Assembly (NCBI RefSeq): GCF_019424165.1
Contig: NZ_JAHZAA010000007.1
Coordinates: forward strand, 17,915-81,914
DNA length: 64,000 bases
Direction: 5' to 3'
From: Desulfovibrio sp.
GTDB taxonomy: Bacteria > Desulfobacterota > Desulfovibrionia > Desulfovibrionales > Desulfovibrionaceae
Part shown: piece after piece, positions 20,393 to 29,933 of the stretch
Position numbering within the stretch: position 1 is the first letter of the stretch
How the letters are laid out: each line of letters starts with the position of its first letter
Program-made: the position numbers and the translations under genes
The notes under the pieces: model-generated
Told to the model about the DNA's origin: nothing
Database searches by the model: none
Seen by the model: the letters and a program-made list of their open reading frames with translations, nothing else

Positions 20393-21835
20393 TCAATGTT
20401 GGGCCGCAGGCGTGGGCGGCCATGTCTGTGCTGGTCCGGCCATCAGGTTCACAAGTTCCCCGAAGGGCGGTTGCTCCGCATTGGGCTCACTGCACACCCA
20501 CAGAACCGGATAGTCCGGCTCGTGGGGAAAGCGGTTGCACTCAAGGTCTGTAAACCAGATGAGGCAGGTGGGGTGCAGGTTTTGATCCGCAATATGAGCA
20601 CAGACCGGACGGTAGTCTGTACCGCCGCCGCCCACGGGCATAAGGTCGGTCGGCATGCTCATGCGGTTAAAGGTTATTTCGCCCTGAATTTTTGTATCGT
20701 GAAACAATACGGTCAGCGTGGTGTCATAGGCATCCAGCACTGAAAAAAGCTCCGTACAGAATATGGACAGCACCTTTTCATCCACCGAGCCGGAACAATC
20801 CACAGCCAGCACCACATGGGGCAGGCGGGCCTCACGGCGGGCGGGCAGGTAAATATTCTGGTACAGATAGCGCCTGTTGGGGGTGGACCAGGAATAGTCG
20901 CTGTTGGCGCAATGCTCCAGAAAACGGCGCAGCAGTTCGCGCCAGTCCAGCTCTGGCTGCCGTTCCTTGCGAAGCAGGCGCGTCAGCCCCGCAGGCAGGC
21001 TGCCCATATGCCGCGCCCGCTGCACGGCCTGATTCAGGGCTACATCCGCCTCCTGCTCAGCCAGCTTGAGGGCCTGATCGTTTTCCAGCCCGCTCACGTC
21101 AGGGTGGTCGCGCACTTCTCCGGTAAAGGAGGTCTTGCCCTCGCCCTGCACCGGGCTGCCCTTGTCTTTTTTGGCCGTGGGCGTTGCGCCCGACGCCCCT
21201 TGTTCGCCCTGCTCCTGACCGGTTTTTTCCTTTGTGCCGCTACTGGCTTTTGCGGCGCTTTTTCCGCCCAGTTCCTTGCCACCGTCAAACGACATGGCTC
21301 CCGCGCCTTCCTGATCCTGCCCGTCGGCCTGGGCAGAATCGCCACGCGCGTCCCCCCTGGAGGCACTTTCCTGAAGAACGGCCAGCGCTTCATAAATATC
21401 GTCAGCCGACAGGCCCGCATATGCCGGGTCGTGGGCAAAGCCTTCGGGCAGCTCAAAGCCGGATTCGAGCAAAATGTGGTTTATGGCCAGATCACAGGCC
21501 CGGTTCCACATTTTTTCCTCGCGCCCCTTGCGGCGCAGATGATGGCCGAAAGCCAGATGCATGATCTCGTGCGCCTGGGCGGCCACCAGCCGGGCTTCGG
21601 GAAGGGTGGCGGCATAGGCGGGATTAAAGCCGAGGCTCTTGCCGTCTGTCCACAGGTCGCCGCAGTCGGTGTCTTCCCTGAAGCGCAGCCGCAATGCCAG
21701 AGAGCCGAAAAACGGATGGTCCAGCACCAGGGCTGTTCTGGCTTTTTTCATGGCCAGCGCCGCCCGGCGTGAAAGGTCATCCTCCGGCGGGGAACTGTCG
21801 CAAGGCCCGCGCAGCAGGCTGTCATGCTCGCTCAT
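20393..21835 (-). CDS. HEXXH metallopeptidase-like + vWA domain protein (DUF2201/COG3864-like)
   Basis: HPFFGSLAL, TDG, AHEIMH, WNRACDLAIN, low-complexity linker, MIDAS AVDCSGS, GGGTD, FTD. Confidence 0.87.
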   Translation of the reverse strand: MSEHDSLLRGPCDSSPPEDDLSRRAALAMKKARTALVLDHPFFGSLALRLRFREDTDCGDLWTDGKSLGFNPAYAATLPEARLVAAQAHEIMHLAFGHHLRRKGREEKMWNRACDLAINHILLESGFELPEGFAHDPAYAGLSADDIYEALAVLQESASRGDARGDSAQADGQDQEGAGAMSFDGGKELGGKSAAKASSGTKEKTGQEQGEQGASGATPTAKKDKGSPVQGEGKTSFTGEVRDHPDVSGLENDQALKLAEQEADVALNQAVQRARHMGSLPAGLTRLLRKERQPELDWRELLRRFLEHCANSDYSWSTPNRRYLYQNIYLPARREARLPHVVLAVDCSGSVDEKVLSIFCTELFSVLDAYDTTLTVLFHDTKIQGEITFNRMSMPTDLMPVGGGGTDYRPVCAHIADQNLHPTCLIWFTDLECNRFPHEPDYPVLWVCSEPNAEQPPFGELVNLMAGPAQTWPPTPAAQH

Positions 21836-21837
21836 GG

Positions 21838-22830
21838 CTACATCAGCACTTCAGCGTTTTTTTCCGCCCAACGGGAAAAAGCCTCGGTGTGCACAAGTTC
21901 CGTATCCTGGCACACGGCGTCACGCATGAGCAAAACGCCGAATTCCGAGGGCAGCCGTTCGGCGTAGGCCGTAAGCGCGTTTATGGTTTCGGCGTTGGCC
22001 CTGAGGCTCAGTGCCTCGCACATGGCATAAAGAGCCGCCGGCTCCAGAGGAACGGCGGCCGAGGCCGGGGCCGCCAGCACTTCTTCCACTGTGGGCAGCT
22101 CACGCCATACAGCAAGAAAGCCCATAAATTCCGCAGCGCCCGCCGCCCCTACAGTACCCTGAAAAAGTTCATATTCCACATCCTGGTCCGGCACGGCATC
22201 AAGAATACGCGAGACAAATTCCCACGACCGGGGCGAAGCAAAGGCCTTTTCTGATTTTTGCGGGTCAAAGTCGTGCAGCAAACGAGGCCTGAAACGCAAA
22301 AATGCGCACACTTCAGGCCGTATGCCCGCCATCTGCGCCCAGGCGAGCCAGTCATCCAGGTTGGCGTCAAACTCCAGGTGCACCATGCGGTTAGCCAGGG
22401 CCGAGGGCATGCGGTATGACACGGCCTTGTCCTTTTCGCGGTTGCCCGCAGCCACAATGGCCCATCCGTCAGGCAGGCGGTATTCGCCAATGGCCCGATC
22501 CAGAATAAGCTGGTAACAGGCGGCCTGCACAAGTGGCGGCGCGGCGTTCAGCTCATCCAGAAAAATTATGCCTTCTTCCGGATCTGCAGGCGTGGGCAAA
22601 AATGCCGGGGGACACCATACAGAAAGCCCCTGTTCGGTAATGCGCGGCAGGCCGCGCAGATCCACAGGGTCAAGCAGCACGGCGCGGATATCGCGCAAGG
22701 CTACGCCCCTGGACTCTGCCACCTGGGCCACTATCTGACTTTTTCCCACGCCCGGCGCGCCCCATAAAAAAGCTGGCTGGCGGATGGAAATAAGAGAGTT
22801 CAAGGCAGAAACAATTTGCGAAGGTGTCAT
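21838..22830 (-). CDS. MoxR-like AAA+ ATPase
   Basis: GAPGVGKS, DPVDLRGLP, IIFLDELN, AAGN, ALANR, SPRSW. RBS AGGA before the ATG at 22830. Confidence 0.9.
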   Translation of the reverse strand: MTPSQIVSALNSLISIRQPAFLWGAPGVGKSQIVAQVAESRGVALRDIRAVLLDPVDLRGLPRITEQGLSVWCPPAFLPTPADPEEGIIFLDELNAAPPLVQAACYQLILDRAIGEYRLPDGWAIVAAGNREKDKAVSYRMPSALANRMVHLEFDANLDDWLAWAQMAGIRPEVCAFLRFRPRLLHDFDPQKSEKAFASPRSWEFVSRILDAVPDQDVEYELFQGTVGAAGAAEFMGFLAVWRELPTVEEVLAAPASAAVPLEPAALYAMCEALSLRANAETINALTAYAERLPSEFGVLLMRDAVCQDTELVHTEAFSRWAEKNAEVLM

Positions 22831-22887
22831 GGCATTCCTGTAAGCCGCTGTCGGCTGGTGGTAGTGAATGCACGGATGCTGCCTCAT

Positions 22888-22905
22888 ATGAAAATGAAAG
22901 TCAAT
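22888..22905. promoter_or_regulatory. Fur-box-like site overlapping a TTGACT -35-like element
   Basis: ATGAAAATGAAAGTCAAT resembles the 7-1-7 TGATAAT-n-ATTATCA box and lies 58 bp upstream of the ATPase. Confidence 0.5.
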
Positions 22906-23030
22906 GTCACAAAGAGGCCCAGCCAACGCCCTCCGCCATCTTTGTACTCCATGAGAACGCCAACGGCCCACACGATAACAGCCGCCCATTATCGGGCGGC
23001 TGTGTGCAATCATCAACCTATGTTTTTTAC

Positions 23031-26027
23031 TCAGCCGAGCACTGCTCTGGCTTCGGCCAACCGGGCCTCATCCTCCCGGTCAAGGGCGCGCAAGGCACGC
23101 GCCAGCGTCTGCCAGGCCTCCGGCCTGTCATGCAGGCCAGCGCTTTTACGCGCCAGCAGTTCAGCCACGGCCGGGTCTTCGTTGCCGTCCAGATAGATAT
23201 TTGCCAGCAGCAGCATGGACGCCGCATCCTGCGGGTTGCGCAACAGGGCCTCATGCAGAAGCTCGCGGGCCTCGCCTCCCCGCCGCTGGCGGGCTGCCAC
23301 GCGGGCCAGATGCCGCCGGGCCACGCCCGGTCTGCCGGGCGAAGCGTCTTCAATGGCCGCCGCCAGCTCATAGTAGCGTCGGGCTTCGGCCCTTCTGCCG
23401 CCCTGCTCACAAAGCTGCCCCAGCCGGATATGCGCAAAAAGGTGGTCAGGCGCGACCTTGGCGCACTGCCGGTAGTAGCGGGCCGCGGCGCGGCGCTCTC
23501 CCAGGCTCTGGCAGATATTGCCAAGATTGTAGTAGATCTGTTTGGCCACGCCCGCATCGGGATTGTGCCGCAGGGCTTCGAGAAAATAGCGTCGGGCCTC
23601 ATGCCCCCGCCCCAGGGCCGCCATGCACACGCCAAGAGAGTTCCAGGCCATCACATTGGCTTTGTCCGCCAGCAGGGCAAGCTTGTACTCTTCCAGAGCG
23701 CCGAACACGTCGCCCAGGCTGTAACGCCTGTCGGCGCTGATGTTGAGCGCCAGGGAATTGCATATGCCGACACGTGGCTGCGGCAGAAGAAGGGCGTATT
23801 CCAGAGCCTTGAGGGCGCAATCCGGCATTTCTGCCTTGCGGTACTGCAGAAAGGGAAAAGCTGCCAGACCGGCCGCGGCATCAAATCCTTCTTTTTTCAG
23901 ATCTGCGCACAAGCGTTCATACAGCCCGGCAACATCCGGCGTTTCAACACCGGGGTGAAAAAATATCAGGCTGTTGCTGCCGTACAAACCAGCCAGCGGC
24001 TCAGCCTGCCCGGCGGCAGGAGCGAGTTTGTGCAAAAGTTTTCCCCACAGGCGCAGGGCCGTGGCCGGGGCATGACCTTCGGCATTTTCCAGCCGCACAA
24101 TTGCCAGCACAAAACGGGCGCAACGTTCGCTGTCATGCGCAAAACGGTTAAGAAAGTCGCCATGCCCGCACAGGCCGCATCGGGGGCTTTTCGCAGAGGA
24201 AGCGTCTGCTCCTTCTTTTTGTTCAGCATCTGGCGCTGTTGAGTCGCTGGCCGCCACTGCGGGAAACGACACGGCGCGCATCTCCGCCCGCGGGCTTTCA
24301 GAATTGCCGACGGCTCCGGAGCGTTCGGCAGATCCGGTGGAACAAAACGCAGCCTGGGTAGGCACGGCGGCCTGCGGGAACGCATCCGGGTTTGCCGCCG
24401 CGTCGGCTGCATGGCCAGACGCATCGGCAGGTTCGCCACGCCCCTCCGCCTGACGCGTGGGTGCGGCGGGCGGCGTCAACAGGGCTTCCTGCACACCGGG
24501 AATACTCAGAGACGGGTCATGCCCGTCCAGATCCGGGCTGAGCACGGGGCTTTGCCCAAGAAGTGCCAGACTGTCGCCCGGCATCGGCAGAAGGGCCGCG
24601 TCCGCCAGATGCAGAATTTCAGCCACAGAATCCCTGTCGCCCACGCGCAGCAGCACTGCCTCGCCCTTATAGCGCGGCTTGTGGTCTACATCCGTACTCC
24701 AGACCGCAAAGCGCATGCCTTCACGCGCTTTGGCCTGACGCCCGAGGCTGATACGCAAACGGCCCAGCGGGAGACGCTCAAGCACCAGCCCGCCTTCTTG
24801 CAGGATACGGGCAAAGGGCATGATGCGACTTTCTCCGGCGCGGGTTCCGTCAGCTCCGGCGGCTTCGGCCGCAGCGGCGGTCTGGCCTGCCACATCGGCT
24901 GCCAATCTGGCGCGAGCCATAAGCAGGCGCGCCTGTTCATACATGCCAAGGCCCATTTCAGCGCCCTGCATGTCTTGCGGATACAGGGCGTGCCCGGCAC
25001 ACAGACGCGCGTGCACGACCTGTCTGGTCAACGGCGAAACCGGACGTTCGGCCTCCATACGCGCAAGCACCGCGCGGGCCAGTTTGTGGCACGCCCCCCG
25101 CCCGCTGGCCGAAAGCAGCAGGGCCAGCTCGTGCCGCCCCACCCGCGCGGCCAGCACGTCAGACGGCAGAACCGAGCGGCAGGCATCGGCAAACTTGCGC
25201 ATAAAGTTTTCGGCAAAGGCAAAGCCGTGCCGCCGCACCACATCCGGGCCGTTATTCATGCGCAAAAGCACAATGCCCATACACATGCGGTGCATGGGCG
25301 CGGCAAGCCCCTCAGGGGCAGAAGGTTCTTCAAGGTGTGCCCGCACTCTTTCAGCCTCGCCCTCCATTCGGGCAAAAAGGCTTTCCTCCGTAGCAAGCCC
25401 GGTAACCGCATCCGTGCGCACGGCCTTGGCGCGAGCCAGATTTTCAAGAATCAGCCCGGTAATGGCGGGCAAAATCTCCAGCAGGGGACGCACCTCGCGA
25501 GCGCGAACACCATGCAGCATGACCATGCCCAAAAGCTGCTCTTTCCAGATCAGGGGCAAAAGCAATTTGCGTTCACGCGCCAGCAGTTGTGGCTCATCTG
25601 AAGCCTGGCTTCTGGGAAAATACAGGGCATGCCCGCTGAAAGAAAAAAAGGTTGCCAGTTGCCTGCACAACAGTCCTTCCATTTCCATGAGATCTTCACG
25701 GGCCAGCTTGCGCACATCCCGTTGACCGGAATACTCGCTGCCCTGCACGGCTCCGTCCCGGACCGGAACATCCCACGAGCTTTCCAGCCGCCCGGCCCAT
25801 TCGGGGTACGCCGCGCCGCCCGGCGCTTCAGTCCGCCCGGGGGCGGTTTCCGGCACATTTGACGGCACGTCTTGAACGGCTGCCGTTTCCACGCTGTTCG
25901 CCGCAGTGCGCGAATCCTGCCCCTCAACGGGACGGCCGGCCGCCTTGCGGCCTGCTCCGGCTTTTTTGCGCGTTGTATGCTGTGCCATGTGCTGCGTATC
26001 CCCTTCGGGCTGAAAATTCTGTTTCAT
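23031..26027 (-). CDS. TPR-repeat protein with degenerate GGDEF-like domains
   Basis: TDAVTGL...DVLAARVGRHEL and GLYGSNSL GGDEF-like remnants. C-terminal TPRs (AWNSLGV, IYYNLGNI). Confidence 0.78.
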   Translation of the reverse strand: MKQNFQPEGDTQHMAQHTTRKKAGAGRKAAGRPVEGQDSRTAANSVETAAVQDVPSNVPETAPGRTEAPGGAAYPEWAGRLESSWDVPVRDGAVQGSEYSGQRDVRKLAREDLMEMEGLLCRQLATFFSFSGHALYFPRSQASDEPQLLARERKLLLPLIWKEQLLGMVMLHGVRAREVRPLLEILPAITGLILENLARAKAVRTDAVTGLATEESLFARMEGEAERVRAHLEEPSAPEGLAAPMHRMCMGIVLLRMNNGPDVVRRHGFAFAENFMRKFADACRSVLPSDVLAARVGRHELALLLSASGRGACHKLARAVLARMEAERPVSPLTRQVVHARLCAGHALYPQDMQGAEMGLGMYEQARLLMARARLAADVAGQTAAAAEAAGADGTRAGESRIMPFARILQEGGLVLERLPLGRLRISLGRQAKAREGMRFAVWSTDVDHKPRYKGEAVLLRVGDRDSVAEILHLADAALLPMPGDSLALLGQSPVLSPDLDGHDPSLSIPGVQEALLTPPAAPTRQAEGRGEPADASGHAADAAANPDAFPQAAVPTQAAFCSTGSAERSGAVGNSESPRAEMRAVSFPAVAASDSTAPDAEQKEGADASSAKSPRCGLCGHGDFLNRFAHDSERCARFVLAIVRLENAEGHAPATALRLWGKLLHKLAPAAGQAEPLAGLYGSNSLIFFHPGVETPDVAGLYERLCADLKKEGFDAAAGLAAFPFLQYRKAEMPDCALKALEYALLLPQPRVGICNSLALNISADRRYSLGDVFGALEEYKLALLADKANVMAWNSLGVCMAALGRGHEARRYFLEALRHNPDAGVAKQIYYNLGNICQSLGERRAAARYYRQCAKVAPDHLFAHIRLGQLCEQGGRRAEARRYYELAAAIEDASPGRPGVARRHLARVAARQRRGGEARELLHEALLRNPQDAASMLLLANIYLDGNEDPAVAELLARKSAGLHDRPEAWQTLARALRALDREDEARLAEARAVLG

Positions 26028-26404
26028 CCTTGAAGTGTAGTTCGCTGGTGGCCGCTTGTCTAGAAAATATCATGAAAACCGGCCTCTATATCGGCACTGA
26101 AAAAAACTGATCAATGCGCCCGCGCGTTACGGCCTGTAAAAACGTGGCTCCTCACGGCGGAACGTGCCGGAATATACATGTCTGGCGTCAAAATCCTCTG
26201 CGGGAGCAGCTATCGCGCACTCTCGCAGCCGCCGGGGCAGTTTCAGATTGGTATTGCTTCACCCGGCTCCTGCTGCTACCACAGGCAACACTTGCCCAGT
26301 GAAAGCGAAGAGGTTAATATCTGGTAGCCGAAAGATACACACCGCACTGCTGAAATGGGTATACCCATTCCTGCGAGCAGATTCATACGCATAAGGAACT
26401 CATC

Positions 26405-27031
26405 ATGGCCGTTGCCGTTTTTCCCCTTGGCCCGCTGCAGACCAACAGCTACCTTATCCATAACGACACCAGGGCCGTAGCTGTTGACGTGGGCGGCGAC
26501 CCCGCGCCCATGCTCGAATACCTGAAAAACCACCAGCTCACTCTGGATGCCGTATGCATAACCCACCGTCATTTTGACCATATGTACGGCGTGGCCGAAC
26601 TGGCCGCCACCACGGGCGCGCCCGTGTACCTGCCGCAAGGTGACGACAGCCTTGCCGACACCGAATCGGGCAAAGGCGGCATATGGGGGTTTCCTCCGGT
26701 ACCCGATTTCAAAAGCAGCCCCATGCCCCTCGGCAAGACAAGCATGGGCGGCATGGACTGTGAAGTGCTGGAAACCCCCGGCCACACCCCGGGTGGCGTT
26801 TCATTGTATTTCCCCGAAGAGCAGGTGGTCTTTACGGGAGACGCCCTGTTTTATCGCTCCATCGGCCGCACGGACTTTCCCGGCGGCGACCATGACACGC
26901 TGCTGCACTCCGTGCGGGACGTGCTGTTCAAGCTGCCCGCCGAAACTGTCGCTTACCCCGGTCACGGCCCCGCCACCAAAATAGGCGATGAAGCCGCCAA
27001 CAACCCTTTTTGCGGTGAGTTCAGACCATGA
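26405..27031 (+). CDS. glyoxalase II-like MBL-fold hydrolase
   Basis: THRHFDH, TPGHTPG, FTGDALF, GRTDFPGGD, YPGHG. Confidence 0.9.
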   Translation: MAVAVFPLGPLQTNSYLIHNDTRAVAVDVGGDPAPMLEYLKNHQLTLDAVCITHRHFDHMYGVAELAATTGAPVYLPQGDDSLADTESGKGGIWGFPPVPDFKSSPMPLGKTSMGGMDCEVLETPGHTPGGVSLYFPEEQVVFTGDALFYRSIGRTDFPGGDHDTLLHSVRDVLFKLPAETVAYPGHGPATKIGDEAANNPFCGEFRP

Positions 27032-27723
27032 GCAATCCTGTGGCACTTCTTTGCAGCCCGCGCCCCGGCGGCGTTTCAGATGCCGTGGCACATCTTGTTG
27101 CCGCAGGCGTGGCTGAAGCCGGGGCCGAACTGCAGCTTGTGCCGTTGCGCGACTATGCTTTTGACGGCTGTATCGACTGTGGCGGCTGTACCGCCCCCCC
27201 GCATCATTGCACCCTGGCAGGCAAAAACTGTGATGGCAGGCTGGACAGAGCCGAGGAAATCTTCACCCTCATCGAGTCCGCGCCGCTGCTTTTTATCTCT
27301 GCACCCATTTATTTTTACGCCCTGCCTGCGCATTTCAAGGCGCTCATCGACCGCACGCAGCGCTTTTGGGCTGCACAGAACCACGCGCCCTCGGGCAGGT
27401 CGTCCATGCCTCGCCCCCCGGTCAAGCCCGCCCTTGTCAGTCTTGTGGCAGGCAGGCCCCGGGGCAAGCAGCTTTTTACCGGTTCTCTGCTTACCCTGCG
27501 CTATTTTCTTTCCCCGCTCAATGCGACGATCAGCGAAACGCGGTTGCTGCGAGGACTGGAAAAAGGCAAGGACCTTGAAGAACGCCCCGCGGTGCGCGCC
27601 GCCCTGCACGCCTGGGGCCACGACTGGGGCTGTCGCCTGATGGCGGGCAAGGTGCCGGGCTATGTTTCGGACTCCCACCCCGGCAAGGGCTGCGGCACAG
27701 ACAGGCCATCATCTGTAACGTAA
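27028..27723 (+). CDS. iron-sulfur flavoprotein / NADPH-dependent FMN reductase family
   Basis: CSPRPGG, CIDCGGC...C, APIYF, KALIDR. ATGA overlap with the upstream gene. Confidence 0.82.
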   Translation: MSNPVALLCSPRPGGVSDAVAHLVAAGVAEAGAELQLVPLRDYAFDGCIDCGGCTAPPHHCTLAGKNCDGRLDRAEEIFTLIESAPLLFISAPIYFYALPAHFKALIDRTQRFWAAQNHAPSGRSSMPRPPVKPALVSLVAGRPRGKQLFTGSLLTLRYFLSPLNATISETRLLRGLEKGKDLEERPAVRAALHAWGHDWGCRLMAGKVPGYVSDSHPGKGCGTDRPSSVT

Positions 27724-27750
27724 CGCCGGGCCGATCGTTTCGTTTTCGTT

Positions 27751-28659
27751 ATGCAAACTGGTGAAACCAGCGGCCGACCAGGCAGCATGTCCGGCAAACC
27801 GGGCATGACTGCACGGATGGGTATGGGCCTTACGGCGGCAGCCCGCTTTCTGGGCTTTACCCAGGCACGCTGCTTTCACTGTCTGCGCCCCTTCACGCCC
27901 GGCAAAGAAACTTCATCCTTTTCCCAGCACACTGCCGCAGTGCCGGACATTTCCGGCCCGCTGGCTCCTCTGTGTCCGCAGTGCCGCGTCCTGCTGGCCC
28001 CGTATACAGGGCCGCGCTGCCCGTTGTGCGGCCTGCCCTCCGCTCCTTCGCCTGAAGCTGACATTCAGCCTCACCTGCAAAAGGGCAGCCTGTGCGGACA
28101 TTGCCTTACAACTCCGCCCCCGTGGTCCGGCGCGGCCTTTCATGGCCTCTACAAAGCGGCATTGCGCCATGTGCTTCTGCGGCTCAAGTTTGACGGGCAT
28201 CTCTACCTGGCCCCCCTGCTCGGCGCCTTCCTGCAAGAAGCCGCCCGCTGCCTGCCCCGCCCCGACGCCCTGGTGGCTGTTCCACAATACCCCGACCACC
28301 TGCGCCACAGGGGCTACAATCAGGCGCACGAACTTGCCAGGGCATTGAGCGCACAGACCGGACTTGAACTCACGCCGGGCCTGTTGCGCCGCACGCGGCC
28401 CGGCCCGGCGCAGATAGGCCTCGATGCCCGTGCACGGCCAGATAACGTACGGCACAGTTTTGCTTCCTCGCCCGAGGTTAAAGATCGCTGTTTATGGCTG
28501 GTGGACGACGTGATGACCACCGGCAGCACCCTGCGTGCCGCCTGCCGCGCCCTGCGCCATGCCGGAGCCGCACGGGTGGACATTCTTGTGGCGGCGCGCA
28601 CCCCGAAGGACCCGGCAGCCCAGCCGGATCAGCCGACAGGTCCCCTGGGCAAGCCGTGA
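27751..28659 (+). CDS. comF: ComF-family phosphoribosyltransferase-like protein
   Basis: Four CxxC zinc-ribbon motifs, RGYNQA, LVDDVMTTGST. Start uncertain. Confidence 0.85.
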   Translation: MQTGETSGRPGSMSGKPGMTARMGMGLTAAARFLGFTQARCFHCLRPFTPGKETSSFSQHTAAVPDISGPLAPLCPQCRVLLAPYTGPRCPLCGLPSAPSPEADIQPHLQKGSLCGHCLTTPPPWSGAAFHGLYKAALRHVLLRLKFDGHLYLAPLLGAFLQEAARCLPRPDALVAVPQYPDHLRHRGYNQAHELARALSAQTGLELTPGLLRRTRPGPAQIGLDARARPDNVRHSFASSPEVKDRCLWLVDDVMTTGSTLRAACRALRHAGAARVDILVAARTPKDPAAQPDQPTGPLGKP

Positions 28660-28793
28660 GGCCAGATGCCGGAAGGCCCTGCCCCGGCCACATGACAATG
28701 CCGGGGCGTTCTGCTATGCTTGCGCCAATAAAAAAGCCCGAATTCGTATGCCCGGCCAGCCAGGCAGCCTTTTCCGGCAAAGCAGGAGCATTC

Positions 28794-29933
28794 ATGCCGC
28801 GCATTTCTTTTTTGTATACACTGCCGCGCACAGCGGCCGTCATTTTTTCCGCCACAGTGTGCATAGCTGCCCTTTGCGGCCTCACGGCAGCTTCCGCCGG
28901 GGCGCAGGTAACCCTGCTCGTTCCGAGCCAGCCCAGCATTGAGGCTCCGGCCAAAACAGAAAAGGCCGAGCCCGCAGGCAAACGCGACGACAAAAAGCAA
29001 GAAGCCAAGCAAGCCGCCGCCAAAACAGAAAAGAATACGGACACAGGCAAAAGCAAGACTGCGCCTGCAAAAACGGCCCCCCAGCCCACGGCTCCGGCCC
29101 AGGGACAGACCGCTCCCCCCGCTGCGGAACAGAACGCCGGACAAAATACGGCTACAACTGCCGGACAGGCCGCCGCACAGCCTGCGGAAGAGACACAGGC
29201 TCCGCCTCCCGCTCCCGAACTGCCTGCCATTGATGAGCAGGTGGATGTGCTTATCACCATGATGCGGCCCTTTCAGAATCAGGGGCTAGTCATGGATATG
29301 CCCCAGCTTTTCGCCGCATTGCGCTACGACAATGCCAGTCCCGTCAAGGACGGCCTCATCCAGCCCGAGCGGCGCGACCTTCTCGGCGATGTGGAAGAGA
29401 TAGGCTATCTCGACCAGAAGGCATGGGGAGCAAACGTGGCCCTTGCCCATCCCGGCCTGTACCAGTTTATCATTGAAGGCCGCCCCTGGTGGGATGCGAC
29501 TCACGGGCAGTTCCTGCAACACTACGTCAAGGCAATGCTGCCCGTATACGGCGTGGAACGGGGATGGGACCAGCCCGTGGGCCAGACCTTTGAAATCCAG
29601 CCCCTTGTCCGTCCTTTCGGGCTTACCGCCCCTGCCCTTTTCTCCGGCGTGGTTCTGCTGCACGGCAAACCTTTGGCAAACGCCTCTGTGTGCATGTCCA
29701 GAATCAACACTGAAAAGCGCACAGTTCCCACGCAGTGGCATGAAGAAATGGCGGCCCGCTCCGACAAGGCAGGGCAGTTTTCCTTTGTTCTCAATCAGCC
29801 CGGCTGGTGGTACTGCATAGCCACAGCCCCCGGCGATCCCCTCAAAGGCCCTGACGGCCAGCCCAAAGCCCTCAACCTTGGGGCGGTATTCTGGCTTTAT
29901 GTGGACGGCGCCGCCGATGCCCGCAAACGCTGA
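28794..29933 (+). CDS. DUF4198-family secreted protein (putative Ni/Co uptake accessory)
   Basis: Signal-like N-terminus, Ala/Pro/Gln-rich linker, PGLYQF...P.W, GWDQPVG..FEI.PL.RPFGL, PGWW. RBS AGGAG. Confidence 0.75.
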   Translation: MPRISFLYTLPRTAAVIFSATVCIAALCGLTAASAGAQVTLLVPSQPSIEAPAKTEKAEPAGKRDDKKQEAKQAAAKTEKNTDTGKSKTAPAKTAPQPTAPAQGQTAPPAAEQNAGQNTATTAGQAAAQPAEETQAPPPAPELPAIDEQVDVLITMMRPFQNQGLVMDMPQLFAALRYDNASPVKDGLIQPERRDLLGDVEEIGYLDQKAWGANVALAHPGLYQFIIEGRPWWDATHGQFLQHYVKAMLPVYGVERGWDQPVGQTFEIQPLVRPFGLTAPALFSGVVLLHGKPLANASVCMSRINTEKRTVPTQWHEEMAARSDKAGQFSFVLNQPGWWYCIATAPGDPLKGPDGQPKALNLGAVFWLYVDGAADARKR

